From positions 20,179-84,178 of the forward strand of contig VGMN01000007.1 of NCBI GenBank assembly GCA_016866355.1: 64,000 nt of DNA. Direction: 5' to 3'. The stretch's first letter is position 1. The number at the start of each line of letters is the position of its first letter. Under the pieces are notes generated by a model, which was not told the origin of the DNA, made no database searches, and saw only the letters and a program-made list of their open reading frames with translations. The stretch comes from Bacteroidota bacterium (lineage in GTDB: Bacteria; Bacteroidota; Bacteroidia; Chitinophagales; Chitinophagaceae). Shown piece by piece: positions 30,101 to 38,757 of the stretch. Position numbers and translations under genes: made by a program.

Positions 30101-30278
30101 CAAACTCACCAGACGTGTTAGTTACTGCACCGGTAGCCTTACCTTTCACGCTAACCGAAACACCTTCAATGGCGTTTCCGTTGGCATCGGTAACCTTTCC
30201 GGAGATTTTCGTTTGTTGCGCCTCAGCAAAACCCACAAAAAATGTGAGTAGCCAGCACAACAGGATTGCTTTTCCCAT
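27165..30278 (-). CDS. susC: SusC/RagA TonB-dependent transporter
   Basis: CarboxypepD-like N-domain, LSEVVVVGYG, ILKDAASTAIYGARAANGVVLV, RYDGSSRF, FLRLKN and terminal F. Confidence 0.97.
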   Translation of the reverse strand: MGKAILLCWLLTFFVGFAEAQQTKISGKVTDANGNAIEGVSVSVKGKATGAVTNTSGEFVIAAGAGETLVFSSVGLTNKEVKVSGTSLQVKLDATNNTLSEVVVVGYGQQRKATLTGSVVTLKQEDLTKRQVATASNLLQGLAPGVTVQQQSGRPGADGASIRIRGLGSIYAGQSPLIMVDGVVSGFDMIDPNAIESITILKDAASTAIYGARAANGVVLVKTKRAKGKGVQVSYNAFLSKQDATAIPERTTAVDHMELSNLAERNRTGNPNAFLFTQALIDKYKTTAPNNLDVIDTDWLGLLLSNTGLMQNHNVTINSAGDNSNIFASITYLNQQGLVPNNSHQRYDLRFNPDFKLNDKLSINGLLNINSSRTTAPSTGSPEFIIRQAIGLPAVGGGKYGPGIYGTAGQTNNRNPLAMAEAAGTSVSRNNTMLTKVGFNYKPVNNLEIEGYWAREFWTPNGKSFVKNVDIYVPNLATLGYDKVGVWPGSTSLGESYSTNVRTTYLAQATWTKRFGANSIKLLGGAQTEEFTFSGISASRTGFLNPNQPYLSLGSGNINNGGSAYETALAGFYARLNYNYDDKYFIEVNGRYDGSSRFSQELDKQWGFFPSASAGWIFSRENFFAGLSNVITFGKLRGSWGVLGNQALPEIYPFAVNFGTSTYSNPINGTNNYINNVNTLGYALLDAPNPNITWEQSEQANIGLDLTIKNNLTLTAEIYRRKVDQMLLSRPIPNYVGLNAPFINAGSMENRGWEFSANYKKALSAKVKLDVTAMISDVRNKVLTLPGVPFLDGGSIRTAPGQALWSYFGYQSIGYFADSNDVKNSPVQFGTAWSSNPTVGSKPGDVKYADISGPDGKPDGKVDNFDRTFIGNNFPRYEYSLNLNLSFGNLDISIFGQGVGMRNNYYSGTGAVPFASSDFAASLLKHHKDYWTASNPNARFPRLLPSGSGGNNYVASSHWVRDASFLRLKNVNIAYRVPASWFNKSGMPLSGAKVFISGQNLLTLTNAWDGFDPEINNANAEFYPLMRTMTVGVNINF

Positions 30279-30307
30279 AATAGATGTTTGTTTTTGGTTT
30301 ACGATTT

Positions 30308-32272
30308 TTATGATGAAGAATAATTTCCGAAGTGATTTATTTTTAAAACTGAAAACGGATCAATAATCTTGTCCAACAAAATGGCCAACTCTCTTTTAGT
30401 TACAGGACGCTCAGCCTGGAAATTAGTAAGCCCCCATGCCTCCCAATTAGCTCTTACCCACTCCGTCATGTATTGCTTCTTATCATCATAAGATTTATGA
30501 GTTAGAAAAGACATAGAATTATCTATAGCCTCGAGTAACTCAATAGCTCTATTCATTGAAAGTAAACCCTCACGTTTAGCGGGTTCGGTCCACTTACTAA
30601 GCGGATTGATAAATGAAGGATTGCCCAAATTTTTAGTGGGTACAAAAGCCGGTAATTGAGAAATAAATTGATAGACCGTGATAGTTGAGTCAGGTTCAAA
30701 CCAAGTTCTATTTGCCCATGCATTGGGCTGTCCTTTACCTCTTAAAAAGCCACTGGCACCAATACGTTGAATAGCTTCAAATCCCAGATCAGCACTACTT
30801 ACATCTGCATAGGGCATTAGGTATGCTTTTTGTTGTAGCAAAGTGGATTGTACCTGACGAACAGGAACCAGGCGTGCATCCCTTTTTTTATTTTGAACCG
30901 CTAAGGCCGCTAATGCTCCGGCAGCTTGCCCAATCAATACTACACAAGGTTGCAAACGTGTTGTACCATTCACTACATTACTAACACTAATTCCTTTCTC
31001 AGCCACCACCAGCCCTGTATGCATGGCAGGCAATAAAGTTCCCAACGGAATGGCAAAAGATGGGATAGGATAAAACCCAAGATGCTGAGGAGCAGCAGGG
31101 TTTTTTCGATGATGATGATCAATAGGATAATCTCCAACGGCTATCCCCGTCCTATACAAGGGATAAGGTTGATCAAAAGGCTTACTAATATCTTGTACTT
31201 TAAAGCGAACAATCCCTCTTAACCTTCTGCCTTCCCTGTTGTATGGAATTAAAGCCAGTCGATCAGCAGTAGGAAACTCGTCATCTGCCAACCCCAGGTT
31301 TTTATAACCCAGCTGCTGTTGTAAAAAGTATATATACCGAAGTGTTTGCTGCTTTGCTTTTACTAATTTGTTGGCCCTTTCTTCAGGAGCTAGTTGAATC
31401 AGATTTAAATAAATATCATTTCCATGGCCTGGCCAATTTAACATGTACTTATTGCCAGGCAGTTTTGCATACGTAATCATTTTAGCACAGTCAACACCCG
31501 GTTTAATTCGCGTAGTATCCTTATAAAAATCAAGACAGCAACCGTCAAATTCAGTGGGATCATATCCAGCGGGTTTGGCAATGGTACAATCAACACCGCT
31601 GCCATAGTCCTTTAGTATGGCTACATAGGTTAGGTCCTGAATAATATCATTAGAGGCAGGAACCTGTACATTTTCGCCAGTTAAGGCACTAGACTCCATG
31701 CCTAAATCAAAAGGTATGCCCGCGCTGGCCATCACATCCCCAAGCTCAGTAGCATCAACTACTTGGTTTGCATATACAACTAACGCATCCCCATTAATTC
31801 GGCTAATGAATCGTGCTCCGGCAACATGTGAATTTTTTTGCAGGATGGCGGACTTGAATTGATACTGATATAATACCTGTAAACTTTTTTCTGCAGCAGC
31901 CATCTCTTTCCAAATCTGGTTGGCAACATGTGGTTCAAAATGGGTATTACTCACCCATCCGGTAGCCACTTTTGAAGAACCTCCATAGTGCTTATAAATT
32001 AGCCCCCTAAACTCACCCCATAAACCAGCAGGAAGTAAATGATTTCCGTCCGTTGCAGAAACACCAGCTGCACTAAGCATTCCACCCAACCAAGTGGTTT
32101 CTTCCACTATCAAAGTATTAGCATGTGAGCGGGCCGCCTGTATACCTGCAGCAATGCCAGCAGTTCCACCACCTACCACTAACACATCAACATGAAGTAC
32201 ACGTTGCGCATATAGGAATTGGCTACCAGCAAGTAGTAAACTGAAAAAGAAATATGTTGTTCTTTTTTGCAT
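30308..32272 (-). CDS. Secreted FAD-dependent oxidoreductase (PF12831-like) with C-terminal SLH-like repeats
   Basis: Signal peptide ending A|Q, then DVLVVGGGTAG, TWLGGML, DATELGD, YNREGRR, GDYPIDHH and NGTTRLQP. Confidence 0.85.
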   Translation of the reverse strand: MQKRTTYFFFSLLLAGSQFLYAQRVLHVDVLVVGGGTAGIAAGIQAARSHANTLIVEETTWLGGMLSAAGVSATDGNHLLPAGLWGEFRGLIYKHYGGSSKVATGWVSNTHFEPHVANQIWKEMAAAEKSLQVLYQYQFKSAILQKNSHVAGARFISRINGDALVVYANQVVDATELGDVMASAGIPFDLGMESSALTGENVQVPASNDIIQDLTYVAILKDYGSGVDCTIAKPAGYDPTEFDGCCLDFYKDTTRIKPGVDCAKMITYAKLPGNKYMLNWPGHGNDIYLNLIQLAPEERANKLVKAKQQTLRYIYFLQQQLGYKNLGLADDEFPTADRLALIPYNREGRRLRGIVRFKVQDISKPFDQPYPLYRTGIAVGDYPIDHHHRKNPAAPQHLGFYPIPSFAIPLGTLLPAMHTGLVVAEKGISVSNVVNGTTRLQPCVVLIGQAAGALAALAVQNKKRDARLVPVRQVQSTLLQQKAYLMPYADVSSADLGFEAIQRIGASGFLRGKGQPNAWANRTWFEPDSTITVYQFISQLPAFVPTKNLGNPSFINPLSKWTEPAKREGLLSMNRAIELLEAIDNSMSFLTHKSYDDKKQYMTEWVRANWEAWGLTNFQAERPVTKRELAILLDKIIDPFSVLKINHFGNYSSS

Positions 32273-32285
32273 GACCACAGCGCTA

Positions 32286-33491
32286 CTATATTTCGTTAAT
32301 GGGAGTTTTCAATACATTCCAAATTTGATAGAGCGAACGAGGTATATGAAAACAACCTTTCCATTTGCCGCCTTTTAGTGAGAGCAATACCTCACCTCCT
32401 CTGTTCAAATACCCAAACCACTCACCATACTCGGGATCTCGAAAATGTTTCCATGTATATTGATGGACTTTCTCAAACCAAGCAGCGCAGGCTGGGTCTC
32501 CTGTCAATTGATACCCTTTTGCCAATGCTACCAGCGCTTCCACATGCACCCACCATAATTTCTGATCCCATTCTAATTGTTGCGTTGGATGACCTTTGTA
32601 ATCCAAGAAATAAAAAATACCCCCAAATTCCTGATCCCATCCAACTTTAAGCATATGCAACATGATATCCTTTGCTTTTACAACCAAGGAAGAATCATTC
32701 ATTCGCACAGCCAGATCCATTATAAACCACATGGCTTCAATGGCGTGTCCTGGATTTAATAAACGACCTTCAAAACTGTCGCAAAAACTTCCATCAGTAT
32801 ACACGTTCTCCAAAACCAACCCTGAATCAGGCTGGTAAAACACCTCCATTACCTCATGAATCACTCCAGGCAATATTGCATCCACTCTTTTTTTACCTAA
32901 AAGCGGCTCCAATTCAAGTGATAAATTGGAAAGAATCATAGGCAAACTAAAATTCTTAAGCACCCGCGTACCTGGTACAGCCTTGCTATAAATACCCTTC
33001 CAGTTATGTTGACGACGTAAAATATTTTCGAAGGTGTCAATGGCAATTTGTTTATACTGATCTGAAGGGCTGGCTTTATCTAAAGCCGCAAATCCCATAG
33101 TAGCAAAACAGTCACTGAAAATATTGTAAGGCTGAACTAATGGACGCCCATCCTGCGTTAAAGAGAAATACCAATTACCAGCCTTATCTCGTCCAAATTT
33201 CTCCATGAAATTAGCGCCATGCTTTGCCATCTCTAACCACTCAGGGCGAGCTTCCACTAAATTATACATGGTACTAAAACACCATACACCTCTGCCCTGT
33301 AGCCACATGAATTTATCAGTATCATAGACATTGCCCACACGATCTATACAAGTAAAATAGCCACCATGTGTAGTATCCTTGCTATATCGCAACCAAAAAG
33401 GAAGGATCTGTTCAGTTAATTCTCTATAGTATAAAGGGGCATATTGATGGATATCCACCCCATTTTGAACGGCAGTTTGATTGGCAAGCAT
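32286..33491 (-). CDS. N-acylglucosamine 2-epimerase (AGE family, GlcNAc/ManNAc epimerase type)
   Basis: WLQGRGVW, NPGHAIEAMWF, KLWWVH, EWFGYL and KGCFHIPR. No signal peptide. Confidence 0.92.
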   Translation of the reverse strand: MLANQTAVQNGVDIHQYAPLYYRELTEQILPFWLRYSKDTTHGGYFTCIDRVGNVYDTDKFMWLQGRGVWCFSTMYNLVEARPEWLEMAKHGANFMEKFGRDKAGNWYFSLTQDGRPLVQPYNIFSDCFATMGFAALDKASPSDQYKQIAIDTFENILRRQHNWKGIYSKAVPGTRVLKNFSLPMILSNLSLELEPLLGKKRVDAILPGVIHEVMEVFYQPDSGLVLENVYTDGSFCDSFEGRLLNPGHAIEAMWFIMDLAVRMNDSSLVVKAKDIMLHMLKVGWDQEFGGIFYFLDYKGHPTQQLEWDQKLWWVHVEALVALAKGYQLTGDPACAAWFEKVHQYTWKHFRDPEYGEWFGYLNRGGEVLLSLKGGKWKGCFHIPRSLYQIWNVLKTPINEI

Positions 33492-33643
33492 GATTAGAAT
33501 TCTTACAATTAAATAAGGCCTGACAGCAAATTCGTCAATAAAATTATAAAAAACAACAATCTTTTTAAATTTTTTTATTTAGTAGCCCCCCTGCACCAGC
33601 ATTTCAGGTCTTTTAAATACTTTAGACCTCCCATAAGATCTCC

Positions 33644-34891
33644 ATGAAAAGAAATACAGCCGTCACTACGCACAGAATTATTGAATTGTTTAACGATGTC
33701 AACGTATCAGGGGTTGCCTATAAAAACAAATCTTTAAAAAGAAGTATCCTAAGCCACCTGGACCAACATGGAGAGTTTACGATTACTGAGTTAAGCCGAG
33801 AGTTAAATACAAGTGTTCCGAAAATTACCAGTCTGGTTAATGAACTTATTGAGGATGGCTTAATTCGAGATAATGGAAAATTTGACTCGACAGGTGGAAG
33901 AAGGGCCAGCATTTATGGCTTAGTAGCAGACGCCTGCTATTTCATTGGGGTTGACGTTAAAAGATACTACATCAATATTGGCTTACTTGATTTTAAAAAA
34001 CACTTGGTCAGCTTGCGTGAAAAAATTCCATACAAGCTGGAAAATACGCAAGCCTCCTATCAGCAATTATTGAACTGCATTCGAGAATTTATTCAGACCG
34101 AAAACATTAAAAAAGAAAAAATTCTTGGTCTGGCCATCAACCTTTCAGGTAGAATTAATAATACTAGTGGATACAGCTATAGCTATTTTCATTTTCAAGA
34201 AGAGCCATTGGCAGAAACCATTCATCGAGAATTAGGGATTCCTACTTTTTTAGAAAACGACTCCCGCTCCATGGCATTCGGAGAGTTTCACTATGGAGAG
34301 GCAACTAATGCACAAAACGTGCTCTTTGTTAATATGGATTATGGTATTGGATTGGGAATCTTGTTGGACGGTAAACTATATTATGGTAAGTCAGGGTTTA
34401 GCGGAGAGTTTGGCCACATTCCTTTTTTCTCTAATGAGATATTGTGCCATTGTGGAAAAAAAGGTTGTTTGGAAACAGAAGCATCCGGACAATCACTGGT
34501 TAGAATATTCCGCCAAAAGATCAAACAGGGATATACCTCATCAGCATTGAAAAAGAAGAAAGATCTCTCAGAACTAAGTTTGTTAGATATCATCAATGCG
34601 GCCAATAATGAAGACATGCTCAGCATAGAATTATTGGCTGAAATAGGAGAAAACCTTGGAAAGGGACTGGCCGTACTCATCAATTTGTTCAATCCCGAAT
34701 TGCTAATCCTAGGAGGCATCTTGTCTGAGACGGGAGACTACATCCGTTTACCCATCAAAAGTGCAATTAATAAATACTCGTTGAGTCTCGTCAATAATGA
34801 CACACAGCTAAGAATATCCAGACTTGGCGAGAAGGCCGGGGTTATGGGGGCTTGCTTGCTTGCCCGTAACAAAGTGCTGACTCATCCTTGA
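33644..34891 (+). CDS. ROK-family transcriptional repressor
   Basis: N-terminal wHTH (TITELSRELNTSVPKITSLVNELIEDG; STGGRR), ENDSR, GEFGH and Zn motif CHCGKKGCLE. Confidence 0.93.
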   Translation: MKRNTAVTTHRIIELFNDVNVSGVAYKNKSLKRSILSHLDQHGEFTITELSRELNTSVPKITSLVNELIEDGLIRDNGKFDSTGGRRASIYGLVADACYFIGVDVKRYYINIGLLDFKKHLVSLREKIPYKLENTQASYQQLLNCIREFIQTENIKKEKILGLAINLSGRINNTSGYSYSYFHFQEEPLAETIHRELGIPTFLENDSRSMAFGEFHYGEATNAQNVLFVNMDYGIGLGILLDGKLYYGKSGFSGEFGHIPFFSNEILCHCGKKGCLETEASGQSLVRIFRQKIKQGYTSSALKKKKDLSELSLLDIINAANNEDMLSIELLAEIGENLGKGLAVLINLFNPELLILGGILSETGDYIRLPIKSAINKYSLSLVNNDTQLRISRLGEKAGVMGACLLARNKVLTHP

Positions 34892-34978
34892 TTAAGGTTA
34901 TAGTATTTTCACAATTGTTGATAAGTAATTATTGGAATTGCTACTTATCCATGTTAATATTGGTTTAAACCTCACGAA

Positions 34979-35947
34979 TTGACAGAAGCTATCATCAACC
35001 TTGAAACAGTTAACCCGATTGAATTTTTCGGCGTCAACAATGGAAAACTAGACATTCTCAAAAAGAAATTCCCACTGCTAAAAATCCTCTCTCGTGGCAA
35101 ACAGTTAAAATTGAGTGGTGCTCCCGAGCAAATAGAACCAGCTCGTGAAAAGATATCGCTGATAGTATCCTACCTGGAACGTAATGGGCACATGAGTCAG
35201 CAATATTTTGAGCAAGTACTCGGTGGAGATGACGCTGAGATAATTGATAATTTCCAAGAGAAAAATCCAGCAGAAGTACTTGTATTTGGCCCTAACGGAA
35301 AATCAGTTCGCGCTAGAACAGCCAATCAAAAAAAATTAGTACTGGAAGCAGATCGCAATGATATTGTATTTGCCATTGGTCCAGCCGGAACGGGAAAAAC
35401 ATATACAGCAGTAGCATTAGCCGTTCGGGCATTAAAGAATAAACAAGTAAAGAAAATTATCCTCACACGCCCTGCTGTGGAAGCCGGAGAAAGTCTTGGC
35501 TTTTTACCTGGTGATTTGAAAGAGAAGATTGACCCCTACTTACGGCCACTCTATGATGCCCTTGATGACATGATCCCTGCCGATAAACTTGGCTATTACA
35601 TGACCACCCGCACTATTGAAATTGCACCCCTGGCGTATATGAGAGGCCGAACGCTAGACAACGCATTTATAATTTTGGACGAATCACAAAATGCTACTGA
35701 TTTACAATTGAAAATGTTCCTCACCCGAATTGGGGCTAATGCTAAAGCTATCATCACGGGAGACATAACACAGGTGGACTTACCACGTAACCAACGCAGC
35801 GGACTGCAAACAGCCGTGCGCATCTTAAAAAATATTGATGGTATTGGACATATTGAATTGGATGAGGAAGATGTGGTACGTCACCGGTTAGTAAAACAAA
35901 TCCTTCGCGCCTACAATCATGAGAATGAGCGAGAAAATCCAAAATAA
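34979..35947 (+). CDS. phoH: PhoH-family ATPase
   Basis: [39 protein letters not shown] and [12 protein letters not shown] start. Confidence 0.95.
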   Translation: MTEAIINLETVNPIEFFGVNNGKLDILKKKFPLLKILSRGKQLKLSGAPEQIEPAREKISLIVSYLERNGHMSQQYFEQVLGGDDAEIIDNFQEKNPAEVLVFGPNGKSVRARTANQKKLVLEADRNDIVFAIGPAGTGKTYTAVALAVRALKNKQVKKIILTRPAVEAGESLGFLPGDLKEKIDPYLRPLYDALDDMIPADKLGYYMTTRTIEIAPLAYMRGRTLDNAFIILDESQNATDLQLKMFLTRIGANAKAIITGDITQVDLPRNQRSGLQTAVRILKNIDGIGHIELDEEDVVRHRLVKQILRAYNHENERENPK

Positions 35948-35956
35948 CACTATTTG

Positions 35957-36379
35957 ATGCAGCAACTAATCTCCTTACTTTTTTTGCTATTAATTGGCAC
36001 AGCTTGTCAGCAAAAGGAACAGTCATCTACAACAGCTACTAATGAAGTTGATGCAGGTCGTAAATTTTTACGAGCGGCACTGGATGGGAAATTTGATATT
36101 GCCAAGGACTACTTATTGCAAGATTCGTTGAATTTAAATTACCTGGATGTAGCCGCAAGAGGTTACCAAAGACTGACGCAGGCTGATAAAGACAACTACC
36201 GAGGCGCCTCAATCATCATCCATGAAAATAAATTTGAAAACGACTCCACCTCGCTTTTAGTTTTTTCCAATTCCTTTAAGAATGATCAGGACACCCTACG
36301 AATTATCAAAAAGAATGAAAAATGGGTTGTAGAGCTGAGTTATTTATACGTTCACCCTACTGTGTTGGAAAAACCATGA
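35957..36379 (+). CDS. Hypothetical lipoprotein (DUF4878/NTF2-like)
   Basis: Lipobox GTAC. AGRKFLRAALDGKFDIAK and IKKNEKWVV resemble DUF4878-like proteins. Confidence 0.65.
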   Translation: MQQLISLLFLLLIGTACQQKEQSSTTATNEVDAGRKFLRAALDGKFDIAKDYLLQDSLNLNYLDVAARGYQRLTQADKDNYRGASIIIHENKFENDSTSLLVFSNSFKNDQDTLRIIKKNEKWVVELSYLYVHPTVLEKP

Positions 36380-36750
36380 ACGCCTTCTTATTTGTTTTTT
36401 TAGGTGGGGGAATCGGTTCCGTTTTACGCTATTTTATAGGAAGGGAACTCAATCCAATCGTAGGACCGTCTTTTCCAATGGGAACGCTCCTTGCAAATAT
36501 GGCAGGATCTCTACTTGTTGGATTGCTATGGGGAATCACTGAAAAATCAAATGATACCAATTCATCAATACAATTATTATTGATAACAGGCTTCTGCGGA
36601 GGTTTCACCACTTTTTCTGCTTTATCGCAAGAAACACTCTACTTCATCAAAACCGAAAACTGGGGATATGCTGTAGGCTATAGCTGTATTACCCTTTTGG
36701 GAGGAGTTCTACTCACTGCAATTGGCTACAAAATAGCTACGACTTTATAA
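36376..36750 (+). CDS. crcB: Fluoride channel Fluc/CrcB
   Basis: GGGIGSVLRY, GTLLAN and GFCGGFTTFS. ATG at 36376 overlaps the upstream stop (ATGA). Confidence 0.93.
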   Translation: MNAFLFVFLGGGIGSVLRYFIGRELNPIVGPSFPMGTLLANMAGSLLVGLLWGITEKSNDTNSSIQLLLITGFCGGFTTFSALSQETLYFIKTENWGYAVGYSCITLLGGVLLTAIGYKIATTL

Positions 36751-38133
36751 TTTGCTAAACAGCTCTTTGGCAAATTGCTCCAAAGAAGGATCTCGCGCAC
36801 CCATCAACAATAATACGCAATCAGGTAGCAGTGAATGGCTGACTGCTGATAAAAAATTCTGACGATCTTCTACAAAAGTTGCTTTAACACCTAAGGCTTG
36901 TAAATCTGCTATTAAATCTGCAGCTGAAATATCCTTCAGGGCTGTACCACCAGCGTAGTAGATTTCACTCATCCAGATTTCATCTTGCGGTCTTAATGAG
37001 GCCGCAATGGCTTGTACAAAATCATTTCTTAGAAATCGAGTGGGCTTATACCCATGAGGTTGAAACCAAGCAACAACTTTTGATGCCACAGGTTGACAAG
37101 CGGTGATAGCAGCTGCACATTTTGCAGGGTTATGAGCATAATCATCAATCACCCATACTCCATTTTTCTGACCCAGTACTTGGTGACGCCTATAAATTCC
37201 TTGATACTTTTTTAATGCCAAGGCTGCAGTTGAAAATGGAATTCCAATTTGATGCGCCACAGCAGTGGCAGCTAACGCATTTTCCATATTATGCTTTCCA
37301 ACTTGCTCCAATTCAAATGGCACTCCATTTATTGCAAATTGAATTTGTAATCCTTTTTGTAAAAAACCCGTTGCTCTATAGCGCACATTTCTAGCTGCAG
37401 AAGAGGGTTGTTCAACTATAAAATCCCTACTGCTATCAACTGATAAAGAGGCCGCCAGCGGATGTGTTTGATTGACTACAAAATACTTGCTTTGAGAAGC
37501 AAATTGACTAAATAGTTTAAGGAGGGTGTCTATTTCATCATGGTCCTTATCAACATTTAACAAAAGACCAATTTCTGGATGATATTGTATAATGGACCCA
37601 TCGCTTTCATCAGCTTCAATCACTAACCACTCTCCTTTTCCCACCACTGCATTTCCAACTTTCCCTTGTTGAATTATTCTTGTTAATCCCGCCCCACTGA
37701 TAATGCTGGGTGCATACCCACCCTGTTCTAATATATCATATAGCATGGCGGCTGTAGTGCTCTTGCCACTTGTGCCTGCCACCGCAATCGTTTTTTTGCT
37801 GGCGGCAATGATAGCTAGTAAGGCTGCCCGGTGAATAATGGGGATTCCTCTTTCCTGTGCAATTTTCACTTCCGGTACAGAAGATTCAATAGCGGTTGAA
37901 ACCACCACTAAATCAACAGTGTTATCAATACCTGTACCATCTTGCGGAAAACATCGTATACCTTCTTGTGCTAATTGAAATCGAACAGCTTGTCCACCTT
38001 CTGAATTAAATTGACGATCGCTACCAGCTACTTGCATGCCAATACCCTGTAGATATTGAGCTAATGCGCTCATACCTGTTCCAGCAACTCCAATAAAGAA
38101 AGGACGAGAGAAATCCTGCAAGCTGGTAATCAT
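36745..38133 (-). CDS. MurC-like UDP-N-acetylmuramate amino-acid ligase paralog
   Basis: FIGVAGTGMSALA, GSD, AGTSGKSTT, EADESD, DDYAHNP and FQPH. Not in a dcw cluster. Confidence 0.85.
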   Translation of the reverse strand: MITSLQDFSRPFFIGVAGTGMSALAQYLQGIGMQVAGSDRQFNSEGGQAVRFQLAQEGIRCFPQDGTGIDNTVDLVVVSTAIESSVPEVKIAQERGIPIIHRAALLAIIAASKKTIAVAGTSGKSTTAAMLYDILEQGGYAPSIISGAGLTRIIQQGKVGNAVVGKGEWLVIEADESDGSIIQYHPEIGLLLNVDKDHDEIDTLLKLFSQFASQSKYFVVNQTHPLAASLSVDSSRDFIVEQPSSAARNVRYRATGFLQKGLQIQFAINGVPFELEQVGKHNMENALAATAVAHQIGIPFSTAALALKKYQGIYRRHQVLGQKNGVWVIDDYAHNPAKCAAAITACQPVASKVVAWFQPHGYKPTRFLRNDFVQAIAASLRPQDEIWMSEIYYAGGTALKDISAADLIADLQALGVKATFVEDRQNFLSAVSHSLLPDCVLLLMGARDPSLEQFAKELFSKL

Positions 38134-38139
38134 GAGACC

Positions 38140-38757
38140 TTAGGCTCTTTGCTTCTGTCGGGGGGCGGGTTTATTAGCAGTAGCGGACACTTTTGCCTTT
38201 TTCGCAGGCGCTTTAGTTTTGGCCCTGCGTAATGCATTCTTGATAGCCGTACTTAAATTAGCAAATGTTGGTTTGCCACTAAAAGGAGTATCATTTATGA
38301 AAAAAGCAGGTAGCTCTTTTACACCACGACTATGCCCCTCTTTTAAATCATCTTGCACTTGCCAACCATAAACACCATTCACTAGATCATCTAAGAATTT
38401 TTTATTCTTAACACCAGCTTCTTTACTGTGTAGTTTCAAACTGGTAGTGCCTAGATTTCTTCTGTTATTAAACAATACATTATGCATTTCCCAAAACTTA
38501 CCCTCCTGTGCCGCTGCAATAGCAGATTCACTGGCCTTTAAGCTACGTTGGTGAATAAGTGTCAAGGGGAAATGTCTAAACTGAAAATTGATTTTACCAT
38601 CAAACTCCTCCAAGAGCTGCTTCACAACTTCATTAACCTTGGCACATTCTTCATTCTCATACTCTCCAAATTCCATTAAGGTAACAGGCGCATCTTTTTT
38701 TCCAACAAACACCTCGCGAGGTTCAATGATAATTATATCATCTTTTTTGAAAGCCAT
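38140..38757 (-). CDS. DsbA/Com1-like thioredoxin-fold protein with NxxC and a basic tail
   Basis: APVTLMEFGEYENEECA, FRHFPL, H..SLKASE.AIAAAQEGKFWEMH and cis-Pro loop ELPAFFIN. Confidence 0.85.
   Translation of the reverse strand: MAFKKDDIIIIEPREVFVGKKDAPVTLMEFGEYENEECAKVNEVVKQLLEEFDGKINFQFRHFPLTLIHQRSLKASESAIAAAQEGKFWEMHNVLFNNRRNLGTTSLKLHSKEAGVKNKKFLDDLVNGVYGWQVQDDLKEGHSRGVKELPAFFINDTPFSGKPTFANLSTAIKNALRRAKTKAPAKKAKVSATANKPAPRQKQRA

Noticed and set aside
33521-33537. TGAC-N9-GTCA inverted repeat between age and rok, and TGAC/GTCA words near clpB
   Set aside because: The arms are only 4 bp with inconsistent orientation and spacing, indistinguishable from chance.
34892-36375. Possible fluoride riboswitch for crcB
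   Set aside because: crcB is translationally coupled to the upstream lipoprotein, and no crcB-motif consensus is visible upstream of phoH.
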